A DNA stretch of 64,000 nucleotides from Pseudovirgaria hyperparasitica (taxonomy: Eukaryota): the NCBI GenBank assembly GCA_010093815.1, contig ML996566.1; one strand, given 5' to 3'. Position 1 is the stretch's first letter, and each line of letters begins with the position of its first letter. A program made the position numbers and the translations under genes. This document shows positions 12,663 to 26,700 of this stretch, piece after piece. The notes under the pieces were generated by a model that did not search any database, was not told where the DNA came from, and saw nothing but the letters and a program-made list of their open reading frames with translations.

Positions 12663-13727
12663 ATGTCGACCACAAAGGAGGCCAAGAAGCCGCTGCACTA
12701 TCCCTTCTGGTTCGGAGGGAGCGCAAGCTGTTTTGCTGCGTGCGTAACGCATCCGCTAGATCTGGGTATGTGAGAAGACACGACTTATCAGATAGTTGCT
12801 AATTGGACCTCGAAGTCAAGGTAGATCGCACTCACATATGCCGTATCATCATCGGGACTCTCACTTACAATCCCAGGTGCGCCTTCAGACGCAGAAAGCA
12901 GAGGGTCCACGCAAGAACATGCTCCAAATGACCCTTCACGTCGCAAAGCAAGATGGTTTCTTAGGCCTCTACCGCGGTGTACATCTTCCCCCATTCCCAA
13001 CCACCCTTCGGACTTCGCAAATCTCACTGACTGCCCATAGCTCTCCGCGTCCATCCTCCGCCAAATGACATACTCCACAACGCGCTTCGGCGTATACGAA
13101 GAACTCAAATCCCTCTCCACAACACCTACCTCTACGCCCTCATTCCCTGTCCTCATCGCCATGGCCAGTACATCCGGCTTCCTCGGCGGTGTCGCCGGCA
13201 ACCCGGCCGACATCATAAACGTCCGCATGCAAAACGACGCGGCCCTGCCACCTGAGAAGCGACACAACTACCGACACGCTATTGACGGGATAATCCGCAT
13301 GTCGCGGTCCGAGGGACTCGGCAGTCTGTTTCGGGGCGTGTGGCCGAATAGTGCGCGGGCAGTGCTCATGACGGCGTCTCAGCTGGCCTCCTACGACATC
13401 TTCAAGCAACAATTACAGAGACGACTCGAGATGAAGGAGGGCTTGACGCTGCACTTTTCTGCGAGTTTATTGGCTGGGTTTGTGGCTACGACGGTGTGTT
13501 CGCCAGCGGACGTGATCAAGACCCGGGTTATGAGCTCGACGAAGAATGGCAGTTTGGTGGGCTTTGTGTTGAGCTTGTTCCAGAAAGAAGGCTTTACGTG
13601 GATGTTTCGTGGGTGGGTGCCGAGTTTTATTCGGTTGGGCCCGCATACGATCGCAACCTTCTTGTTCCTGGAGCAGCACAAGAAGATCTACAGAAAAGTC
13701 TATCACATAGACGAAAAGGCTGCATAA
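12663..13727 (+). CDS. DIC1: Mitochondrial dicarboxylate carrier, 4 exons including a 5-nt microexon
   Basis: HYPFWFGGSASCFAACVTHPLDL-VK-VRLQ, NPADIINVRMQND, SPADVIKTRVM, GWVPSFIRLGPHT. Exons 12663-12765, 12816-12820, 12877-12978, 13041-13727. Confidence 0.95.
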
Positions 13728-14057
13728 TCAGGCATTAGCTGCCTCGTAAACGACAATCCTGGACCGTTGTACAAATGGGCTGGACCATTTGGAGTTGCGT
13801 TTGAATATAATTTAGCTGCATTCGCATGGCGTTGGAAATTTGATAGTCTCTTATTGGTCCTTCGAGCGCCATTGATTCCTTAGCTAGCGATAGAACTCAC
13901 TTGGTAATATATAGGAAACGAAAACGGATGGAAAGATGACTTTTCTCTTTGAATTTCTCATCTTAGCACCGCGAGACTAGCAGGACAAGTTACAGTGACT
14001 GCATCAGTCTCACAGGCCGTGTGATAGTAATACCGACAATGTCAACGCCTGTCTGAA

Positions 14058-16942
14058 TCACCGAACTTCAGGTCCTTCCTTCTCAATCCCGTGAAAACTC
14101 TCCAAGATATCGCTCCCACCAAGGATGCCCATTCGTCGCTTGGATCTTCGCTTCTCCTCGCTCCAAACCTCATGGAACCTGATTGCAGCATCGCTCGCGG
14201 CCACCACGATACAGCCATCTTTGTCCCGTCCCAGTCTATCCGCACCATCCGTGTCTCGCTGACCTGTGTTTGGACTCCCAGGGTAGCCAATTGCGAATAA
14301 CGCCCTTGACTCGTCGTACCAGGGTATGGCAACAACCTGTTCGCACGCAGGCCAAGAGAACACCGCGATCCGAAAGGGGTGGTCTGGTTGTGCAAAACCG
14401 AAAGTTGCTGCTATCTCACGTCTCGTGTTACTCCATATAAGTGATGTCACTTGCGCCGCACAGTCAATAGTAGCTAGACCAGCGCCCGATATTGTGTGAT
14501 AGAAATGAATGCATCGGTCGTTGGACCCACCGCCGATTGCGACTAGTCCTCGCTGCCAGGGACAAAAGGCAATGGCTTTGACGGCGGCATTAAGGATCCA
14601 TTTGTGTTTCTCGCGACCGGCTGGAATGGATAAAACATTTCCATGACCTGGAACCACTGTCCACCGACGTTCACCATCCGCTCCAATCTCAACGTTGACC
14701 TGTGCAGTCATTTCAGGCGTAGGCGATATACAAAGTAGCTTTTTCGTTTCGAAAAGAAAACATGCATTATCGTTGCCTCCGGTGGCAAAGTACTCTCCGT
14801 CACTAGACCAAGACAATCCACAGACTTGCTGCGTATGAACTGTGATACGTGCGAGTAGTGTCATACCTCCGTGAAATCTTACAGCATGAATACTTTGTTC
14901 AGGTGGCCATTCGACAGAGTACAAGTATATATGTCCAGCTTCATCGCCTATCAGAAGCTCCTCGGTTGGAACCTGGATTTCTGGCGCCTTGATAGAGCCT
15001 CGTTTGACAACGCTCGGGCGAAATGACACGCATGCGATAGGGCTAGGCTGAGATGCCTCGAATCGCGGTTCTTCATCAAATAGGCTCCACAGAGAAATCC
15101 GTCCATCAGCTCTACCGACAGCAAGAATGGCCTGACCGCCCGCAGCGGAGGAGAATGCCAAGGTAGTGACATGACTGTTTGACAAGTTGTTCACACGCTC
15201 CGGAGTATCGACTCCCTTTTCCTCAGACCAGAGGTGCACGAAATTCCCAAGCCCTACCGCCAGGCATTTCGCAGTTGCAGAATAAGCCAGCAAGGAGCAA
15301 TAGAAATCATCGCGTAGCTGGGGAGCGTCGAGAACTGTATAAGTAGTCAGTATCGGTTTTGACTCGTAACGAACGCAATACATATCTAAATGGTATAATA
15401 GGCACTGGCTTGATATCCTTAATGGGCAGTCTCGACGCTGTTGACAAATTGTCAGCAAGATTGAGTTTCTTTCCTAACTCCTGAGTATTTGATGCTTGCT
15501 GAAGCAAGACACTCACAGGCCTTCCAAAGCCCATCCTGCCCGAAGGCTGTTCCACCAGCGACACTAGGGTCAGGAGTACAGCCACGGCTGGTCGATGCTA
15601 AGGCGTCTGAAGCATTGGTAGCACCGAGAATGCGGCATGACTGATCAATGTCGAATGCCGCGGCCAGTCGTCTCTCGTAGGTTTCGAGTTCACTTTCCGG
15701 ATCCGCCTTTTGCAAGAATTTTGATGTGTACAAAGGCGCATTAGTACCACTGCCAAGCAGACCTCCTTGGCCTGTCGAAATCCCCACAACACTATCACCC
15801 GCCACAGCGCTACCACCAACTTGCCAAATAGCACCATCGCTGATCTGGCGAGGGGTTGTGACGGACGGTCGTGAAGCTGTGAAAGAGTTGTTCCTAACGT
15901 TCGGACGGTTTTGGCTTTGCCGCAGTGCACGCAGCTGATTGGTAAGCCTACTACTCCTGCGCAACTGGCGAGCGAATGGGTTTGGGGTTCCACTTGCTCG
16001 GCGGTGCAGTCTTTCTGGATCGGTCAACGCACTTGTAGGCTTACTAGTAAAAAAGCTCTCTGTTGAACTGTTTGGTGAGCGCCGCGCAGGAATGAAACGG
16101 TCGGCCATACGACTTGGTGTCTGTACTTGCGGGGAGGAGCCTCCACGAGAGAGCCATTGGCTATGTCTTAACGGCGAGCCACGGTACCCACTCGGCAATG
16201 CAGACAGAGAAGTTACACGACGTTTGCAGGGGGTGAATAGAAATGCATCGACCGCCGGGGAAGCCTCAGTTAGAGGAGTTGTTACGCCAATGGGATAGGG
16301 GCCGATGTTTGGGAATGGTGAATGCTCGGGGGAGGTCAGTTCAGCCGTGGTATTTGGGTCCTTAGCCCTCCATCTACGCTTGGGACAAGGGGTGTAACCC
16401 GGAGAAAGTGAAATGGGGTCAAGGCGATAATAGTCCGTGTAAGGCGTCTCCGGCTCCAGGTCTTCCCTATCATTGACATCAGATGATGCGCTACTGGCGA
16501 CCGAAGAACCTTCCCCGTCGTCAGTGCCATCGCACTGAGGTGAGCCCTTCATAGTCATGCGTTGCAATAATCTCTTGAAGCTGCTGTAGTGTGTCGAATC
16601 GGTGCAGTGTGACTCCACATGAAGGTGAACATCGTCAGCCGACAATGTGCGCCGGCACGACACATTGTTCACGTTTCGACTCTCCGTCAAGCAGGTTTCA
16701 GCCCGTGGCCGGCTTCTAGGGACCTTCTGTGGCGAGTTCGGAGAAGATGGCATGAGTATGGCATGAGATTTCTCTGTCTGTCGAACCCTATATATCCTGG
16801 GTGTCTTTGGGGACGGCGTAGAAACCTTAGCTTCTTGTTTCTCCGTGTAGCGGTAGTCCTCGGACTTGTATTTTTTTGGCGACAAAGGGGGACTGAGCAC
16901 AGCTGGACGTGGCGGCGAGGCATGATTGGTGATATTGTTCAT
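14058..16942 (-). CDS. AMA1: Fizzy/Cdc20-family WD40 APC/C activator, Ama1-like (meiotic type), 3 exons
   Basis: C-box DRFIP, PFR-VLDAPQLRDDFY, HTQQVCGLSWS, AAVKAIAFCPWQRGLVAIGGGSNDRCIHF and an IR-like tail (EVR*). Introns 15516..15438 (GT-AG) and 15385..15337 (AT-AC). Start is the first in-frame ATG and is uncertain. Confidence 0.85.
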
Positions 16943-17466
16943 GCTGCGGGAGAACGTGTTCCTCGCGCCCCTGGCGCGGCCCTCCAATTCCAGGGGTCGA
17001 GACTATGCGACGTTTGAGTGGCTGGAATGATAGATTGACAGAATACGTCGGCTCGCTTCGAAACACTTGATGTATTCAGTGACAAAGGACTCGATCAAAG
17101 GACAAAGTTCCGGGAACGCAGTCGGAGCAGTCGAGGTTAGTAGGAAGAGAGGAAGGGGAGAACTGCATGTTCCGGCGTATGTATGCTTGGCGAGGAGAAG
17201 ATATGAGATGAGCGCAATGGATGAAAGTGAACTCTGGAACGATGATAAACAATGCAGTCTGTAGGTAGAGATCAAGGTTAAGAAAATGAGTGGTGTATCA
17301 ACATTAGCCAACAGCCAAGAAGAGCAGCAGCTTCATCCATTCTTTGCAGGTGGGTTGGTCCGCGCAGCACTTGCCTTCTCCCATCCTCTCGCCTTCTCAG
17401 CCTGCGAGCGATATTGACATCTTTCATCATCGTGAACCATAGGATTAAGTTATACTTTTCTACTTG

Positions 17467-18692
17467 ATGGCAAGCGTAAGTCACGCATTGTCCCCTCTGC
17501 TGAGGTTGAGAATGGCCGCTGAAGGGAGAAGCATGGTGTTCCGCGCGTGAGAGGTGTCGAGAACTCTGCCAAGTCCGAACACGCGAAACAGAAAGAACAA
17601 GAAAAGATCGCGAAATACAAGACACTCAACGACACGGTCAAGACTCGAGTATGTATTCATAGCTATCACACTTTATATTTGACCTTTGCCGACACTGGAT
17701 TCTCCTAGATAGCTGACAAGCAATACACCCTCGACACTTTCCACCACACCTCGGAGCTACTCACCGAAAACCCTGAATACTACACAATATGGAACCACCG
17801 TCGAACTATCCTCCTGCATCTCTTCCAACCTATCCCTCACGATGATCCATCAACAGAATCGACGTCCGACAGCGCGCCATCGCCGGTCCCAAGCCCCTCC
17901 GTCCAGCACATACACGACCTCATAACGACCGATCTACGATTTCTCATTCCCCTCCTCCAGAAATTCCCCAAATGCTATTGGATATGGAATCATCGCCTGT
18001 GGCTTCTCTCACAAGCATCACTGCTTCTCTCAACACCCACGTCCATAGATATCTGGCGCGAGGAGCTTGGCCTTGTGAGCAAAATGCTAGCACGCGACGC
18101 GCGCAACTTCCACGCCTGGGATTACCGTCGGTTCGTAGTGTCGCGCCACGAACAACAGACAGGGAAGAGCTTAACTGAGGAAGAGTTTGCATATACGACG
18201 AAAAAGGTCATGGGAAATCTGAGCAATTTCTCGGCTTGGCATTATAGAAGTAAGCTTATTCCACGTCTACTGGATGAGCGCGAGGCAGGCAAGGAGGACA
18301 GGAAGAGAATGCTAGACGCAGAATTTGACTTTGTTAACGAGGCTCTCAATACTGATCCGTATGACCAGAGCCTATGGTTCTATCATCAGTTCCTGGTCAG
18401 CACCTTGCAGCCAGATGCATCGGAGAAAATCGCGACAGAACTAAGTAACCGGGATCGCGTAGCAAGACTGGAGGCGGAGATTGAGGCGATCCGGGAGATT
18501 GAGGATGATACGAAAGATTGCAAGTGGCTATACCAGAGCTTACTCAAGTATTCGGCTATATTGCTCGACGTCGAAGCGGCGCAAAAGGCTGTCACGAACG
18601 AGGATTTGAGTGTGTGGATGTTGCAGCTGGAAACGCTGGATCCATTACGAGCAGGAAGATGGACCGACCTAAAAAAACGTCTAAATATGTAG
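17467..18692 (+). CDS. BET4: Geranylgeranyltransferase type II (Rab GGTase) alpha subunit, 3 exons
   Basis: MAS|HGVPR N-terminus across intron 17476..17531. Prenyltransferase alpha repeats NPEYYTIWNHRR, FPKCYWIWNHR, RNFHAWDYRR, SNFSAWHYRS, DPYDQSLWFYH and DPLRAGRW. Confidence 0.93.
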
Positions 18693-18726
18693 AGCACTCA
18701 GACTTCGACCTGACTCATCGCAATTA

Positions 18727-20537
<1,811 letters not shown>

Positions 20538-20632
20538 CTCGTATGGTAACGATCGAGACTCTCAAATACTACAATGAGAAGTATTCAAACTCATAGCTAT
20601 AATTGTAGCTGTCTGTAGCTTCAGTCGTGGCA

Positions 20633-20645
20633 CTGGGGAGTGGGG
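20633..20645 (+). promoter_or_regulatory. Tandem CreA/Mig1-type sites (SYGGRG) in the shared abfC/transporter promoter
   Basis: CTGGGG at 20633-20638 and GTGGGG at 20640-20645, about 100 bp upstream of the abfC ATG. Short motif, could be chance. Confidence 0.4.
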
Positions 20646-21243
20646 TGACCGGACAGCCCACTTTTGGAAAGCTTGTCCCACCGGAAGGATCTGTCTATGC
20701 ATTCACACCGACATCATTGGGCTGGCAGCTCAAAAGTAGCAATGATATATGCTTCGATGGATGATGCTTTGATCCGGATGAGCACAACGGCGTTTGCCTG
20801 AAAAACGATTCTGGCCCAGTACAGAAAGTGTTCCATGCACGTAGGGGATAGCAAACAGTTGACAGTTTCAATCACTTCGAAGGACGACCTCTAAAGGATG
20901 CTTAGGTTCATCCAGGATGATTGGTGGAAAATCAAGCACGACACATGTAGTGGATTCTAGTGCCCGCACCCCATGTTTCCCCAGATTCTGAGGTTCCCAG
21001 GCCTATCAACATCTTTCCCAACACCGGAACTGCATCATTATGTATCGTTTGGCTTGACATGTGTGAGTTCTCGCCAGGATCCGTAGCTTCTTCCCCGGAC
21101 TGACTGTGCGCCACGATGTCACTAATAGCATGACTTAATATTGTACATATTTAGTGGACATGCCTACTAGTAGACCTACGAACAACATGTCGTTCCTGTC
21201 CCCGATCATTTCGTGGTAACGTTTGTATAAAAAGAAGTCAAAG

Positions 21244-22991
21244 ATGAATCTTCCGCCCAGAGTGTACCAGGTAAGCCGCGACTACCCTTCGGGTGCATCA
21301 TCATATGCTGACTTGGCCGTAGTTTCTTGTAGGCCTTTTCGCCTCACTTGGCTCGCTGCTATTCGGGTATGATCTTGGTGTCATAGCTGGCGCAATCGCC
21401 TGTGAGTCTTTCAAGGCTGAGTTTGATCCCACCGAGAATCAAAAGTGAGTGGCTCAAATGGCGAGGTACGCTTCATATCTGAACTGGACAGGGGTGCAGT
21501 CGTTAGTGTGTTTACGGGAGGAGCATTCTTCGGTGCACTCCTTGCTGGTGCCACGGGAGACTATTTTGGCCGAAAGAAGACAATTTTGCTGGGCGCGACC
21601 ATATTCATTCTTGGCGGAGGTTTGCAGACTGGCGCGCAGAGTCTTGATTTTCTATACGCCGGACGGTGCCTTGCGGGCGTCGGTGTTGGTTTCCTGACCA
21701 TGATAATACCACTCTATCAAGCAGAAACTGTACACCCTGACATTCGTGGGCGGGTGACTTCTTTGCAGCAATTTATGCTTGGAGTCGGAGCTCTGATAGC
21801 GTCTTGGACATCTTATGGTGAGGATTAACAAGTGACAACTGTAATTGTGGCATCTAACACTGCACAGGAACATATATAGGTTTCGCTCCAGATGATAGCA
21901 GGCAATGGCGGGTCAGCTTAGGAATTCAAATCATCCCAGCCGGCATCCTCGCACTCTGTATCCTCCTATTTCCCGAGTCGCCAAGATGGCTCATCGATCA
22001 TGGCAGACCAGGTGATGGTCTGTCGACTCTTGCAAGACTACATGCTAATGGCGATGAAAACGATCCTTGGGTTCGTGCTGAGTTCGACCAAATTCAGGAG
22101 GCAATCACATTTGAGCATGAACATGAAGCCAAGTCTTATACCGAGCTTTTTACTGATAAGTCTTCCTTTCGGCGGCTTTTCCTTGCCTGCGCCTTGCAGG
22201 CATCTGTGCAAATGACCGGTCAGTAACTCCTTGGTAGACTAAAATGACACGACTAAACATAGCCTGCAGGAGTCAGCGCAATTCAATTCTTTTCGGTCGA
22301 TATCTACGGACAGATCGGGATTGCTGGAAACGATACCTTGAAATATCAAGCTATCAGTTCAGTCTTGGCCTTGATTGCTGAGTTTCTCTGCATGTTACTG
22401 ATCGACCCGATTGGGCGTCGTTGGCCACTGATCGGAGGTAACCTTGGAAACATGGTCACTTTCATCGTCGCCACAATTCTGCTGGCGAAGTTTCCGCCTG
22501 GCGAGTCAGGCAACCATAGTGCGGCATGGGGGTTCATTGTCATGACGTGGTTGTACAACTTCTCGTTCAGCTTGACGTGCGGACCGTTAAGCTGGATCAT
22601 TCCGGCGGAGATATTCGACACAAAGACTAGATCGAAAGGTGTTTCCATCGCCACAATGACTTCTTTCGCATTCAACACAATGATCGGACAAGTAACGCCA
22701 ATTGCGATGGCTAACATCAAATATCGATTTTACTTCCTCTTCATCGTACGTATACGGGTACAAACTTGAATGAGTAGTGCCACCAGACTGACATGTGACC
22801 AGATTTGCAACTTTACCAATGCTTTGTTTTTCTGGGCCTTCTTGCCTGAGACAGCCAAGCGGCCCTTGGAGGAGATGCATTACCTCTTCACAAATGCACC
22901 ATACTTTGTGCCTATGATGAAGAAGTCAGAGTTCGAAACGCACGATTTGGAGCGTCGTGTAGAGGAGGTTGAGAGGAAGCGAGCCCTTTGA
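21244..22991 (+). CDS. MFS sugar porter (possible pentose/L-arabinose transporter), multi-exon
   Basis: LGSLLFGYDLGVI, GDYFGRKK, PLYQAE..P..RG, PESPRWL, DPIGRR, GPLSWIIPAEIF, PETAKRPLEEM sugar-porter motifs, joined by GT-AG introns. Substrate is inferred from the neighbouring gene only. Confidence 0.92.
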
Positions 22992-23672
22992 GCAACTTGT
23001 TACACCACATCTGTGATATATGTAGGACGCCCGTCCACCTGCCAAAATCATGAATGCGGTCACTGGTCTCGATTGCCATTGGCGTCCCCCATTGATACTT
23101 GTGACGGTGGCAATATTTGTTCCTTATGCTCTCGAACTTTGCGTGATTCCTCGCGCCCTTGATCAGACCAAGCCCAGCCACCAAGCGCGTTCCATAATGA
23201 TGGCGGATTAGACTGGACAGTCGATTTAGATGCACGATACTCAGTATCTGCGATTGGATATTGCTGAGGGCTCAGTGGCGTTTTTGATCCATCAGCAGGT
23301 ACAGATACGGATGCTCTTTTCTCGCATCAGTATGAAGGTTTACAACAGTCCACAGTATCGTAACCTACTGTGTGCCTTCAACTCGATCAAACTTTCGCTT
23401 CTGTTGTTCTTCGAATGCTGGCTTGAAAATCGCAGTCCCTTGGATCAGTAGTCAGATATGTGCGCGAGCTATAGACGAGCAAAGTTACCTGTAGCGGCTC
23501 CAATGAACGCGACAATTACGAATTGAACCAAGCCTCTGGTCGATGACATTATTGATCTATACTTCCGCCCAGGATGGTAATGCGAGCTGTGTGAAACGTC
23601 AAAGCATCATTTATACATACCACAGGTTGAGAGTCTAGCTCAGAATGGCCCGTGCGCCTTCTAAGTGTGGAG

Positions 23673-23687
23673 ACGCGCCGAACGCGT
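23673..23687 (+). promoter_or_regulatory. MCB-like (MBF) elements upstream of MMS22
   Basis: ACGCG at 23673-23677 and ACGCGT at 23682-23687, about 80-95 bp upstream of ATG 23768 of a DNA repair gene. Confidence 0.5.
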
Positions 23688-23767
23688 CTTTCGGGCGTGT
23701 AATTACCCAACGAGGCAGTACCCGCCAGAGGTACATCTATACACGATCTCATCAATGTGATGCTCCG

Positions 23768-26700
23768 ATGTTAGCATGGCGCGAGAAAGGCTATGTGCCA
23801 GACTCTGAGGATGAGGACGACTCACAAGAAAAAGCTCGTTCACCGGGCTTGCAAGGCGCAGCAGAGACCGAGGCCAACGATAATGGGTCCAGGGCTGCTT
23901 CTTCCGCGATAGCACCACGAAAGAAACCGTTCAAGACATCTACCCCAACGCAGGCCAAAACCGTAGACTATGACGATGATATCGATGAGCTGTCAAGAGA
24001 CCTTCCGAATCTGGGCGCCCATCTAAGACAGACACTACCGGTGGAACAGAAGAACTGGGAAAAGAAAGAGACTACTGCGATACAAAGAGACCATGACCCG
24101 TATGAATCGTCTGATAGTCTGTCCTCGCCGCCGTCAAACCTGTCTACCCCACCCCTCTCGCCAGAGCTGCCGGCTGTAAGTGTCAATCGGAATGGTCAAA
24201 CACGACGCCCACAAGCACACGTCGTGGTATCACCTCGTGCGCCGATTTCGGCAAGAGATGATGATGTTGTCATGGAAATAATCGATAGCAATCCTCCTCT
24301 ACAATCAAGGCGCAACTTCCGCCAGCGAAAAGCCATTCAGCTGCATCCATATATTCTTGAAGGGGAAAGATATCGACAAGAACTTCGGGCTCGAGGTGTC
24401 AAGCCAGTGCATGTCGGAACACATGTGCATGCTCACGCCGCCACTATTCGTCACGACCAGTACCAGAATGGGGACGAGCAATACCAGAGCTCAGTCTCGT
24501 CGAGTGGACACAACGGTTCGGGACTCAATATCAGTTCACCAGCACACCCAGTACAGACTTCGACTCCGCCTACCTTAGGAAGCTCGCCAGCCGTGCCCAT
24601 ACCTGATCGCTCAGATAGTGATGCTTCACTGCCAGACGTCCAGGATCTTTTGAGAAATGCGACAGCTGGTCGTATAGGAAAAGAGATCACTCGGACACCG
24701 AATCCCAAACCAAGACGAGGTCGACCACCCAAACATAGACCAGTCGGATCAGTCACGCATAGAATTGGAGATGTATCAACTAACCGCACGGCAAACTCTC
24801 CCTCGTTGCGAAGAAGCGAGCATCGTCAACTTTCAAGTCCATCACCGCCAAGAAAACGCGCGAAGAAAGCCCACATTGATTCCAATTCCCGATTACCGAC
24901 GCCTACGGCCTCATCGTCGATACGATCACGATCGCGTTTCATACAGACCATACCCGACGATTCGGACTCGGACGCCATTACTCGAAGTCGTCGGCGACGT
25001 CGAAATGTACCGGCACCTATCCAAGTTTATAGCCAATCTTCTTCTGCAGATTCTGGTCCGGACGAAGAGGATACTCAAGTCGTCGAAAAGGTTGCATTGC
25101 ATAAGTATCGTCGAAAGATTAAGGGAGTATTGCCAGCCTCATGGCTAAGACTCGACCGGCAAGCGCAGCAAAAACAGCCAGAGCTTAGGAGACCGTCTGC
25201 ACAATATCGAAGAGCAGCAAGCGAAAGTCGTGGACTGGACACAGAAGAGCCGCTCATGCTCGATCAGGACCCGACAGACCATCTACGTGTGCCGCAGTAT
25301 GAGACCAACATAGAGAATACAACAAATGTATCCAGTGATGAAGGTAGACTTGAAGAGGAAGGCTTACGTCAGATACATAACACTATGGGCGAAGCGGACG
25401 AGTACGACGTGGTTGATACGATAGCCCTACCCAAAGCCAGAATACGCGCACCAAAGGCCACAAAACGGAAGAGACAGCTCAGACTGGACGATCAGGGCCT
25501 ACGAAGTATTACTTCCGGGAAACGTGGCATTCGGTTTGAGGATGAGAAGAGCAGAAAGCCACGAAACAATGGTACGGCCGATCTCTCTTCCAGGGTCCCT
25601 CGATCTCATCGATCGAAGAAGGCACGGACGTATCTGCCGAGGCGGAGCATACTTGATGCCCCGCTTTCTCCGGCTGAGCATTCTGAGACGGTCCCTCAGT
25701 TCATTCGTCTCGCGCAGCGCCAAGCGCGAAGACAAGATAGCCAGGGCAGACATAGCCCCTCCCACAAACATGTGCGCTTGCAAACCGAGACCGACACAGC
25801 GGACGCATTCAAGACTCTGACCAGGTGGAGAGAGGGCAAGATCGTACGGTCAAAAGAGAAACCCCGGGGTCCTCTTCGAGGGCCTCTGCAACCGCGGGAC
25901 GCAAATCAGGACCAGCACACCCTCGAAGTATCCGTACAGAAGAGCCGCCCAGAGACCGTCATATCTTCAAATTTCAATGATTCCTCAAGGAACGGCGTTC
26001 AAAAGAACACCGCGAGTCTGCGTCAAAGCAGATTACAACCTATTTATATGCAGCAGACTGTGTCAAGGGAGCAACGTCCACGAATACACCATGTAAGTAG
26101 TAGTACAAAAGGGCTGCGTAGAGGTAGACCTCCAGTCAGCGATCCTATGTACCGTTCGGGCCAACTGGAAGGCATAGAAGATGAGAATAACCTACCTTCG
26201 TCTCGCACAAAACTCGCAGCCAAGACGAATATCATTCAGGCTCTCAAGAAAAGGGGTCCTGCTATGCCGCTTCAATTGGAAAGATACTTGATGGAGAACG
26301 TATCAACTGAAGCCGACGAGACGAGGAGTACATTCGATGGTGACCGGCAAGACCACTCCAAGTCGACAGGTTCACATGCGCCTCGCCTGAGGAAACGGAA
26401 GCCAGTACGCCTCGACGTGCAGACTCGCGAGTATCGACAGCCTTCGGATCCCCTGCCAATCACAATTCCATCTGAAGAGCCTCAGGGTGTCTATACGAAA
26501 GGTTTACAGGGTCTTGATTCCTACAATCTGAGGTTCTCTACTGATTTTGATGTTCATCCTCTCGAAACCGATACATTCTTCGGCCCTGATACTTTCGTAG
26601 GATCGGGAGAGTTTAAGCTATCTTTGACCGCTGGGACGCGAGACTTTAGCACTTGTTCTGGCTCGGATCTTGTTGTATTTGGAGAATCAAAGTTCTGCTG

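Noticed and set aside
15413..15420. ATATCCTT, the U12 5' splice-site consensus, near the AT-AC intron
   Set aside because: It is on the + strand, antisense to the gene and inside an exon, so coincidental.
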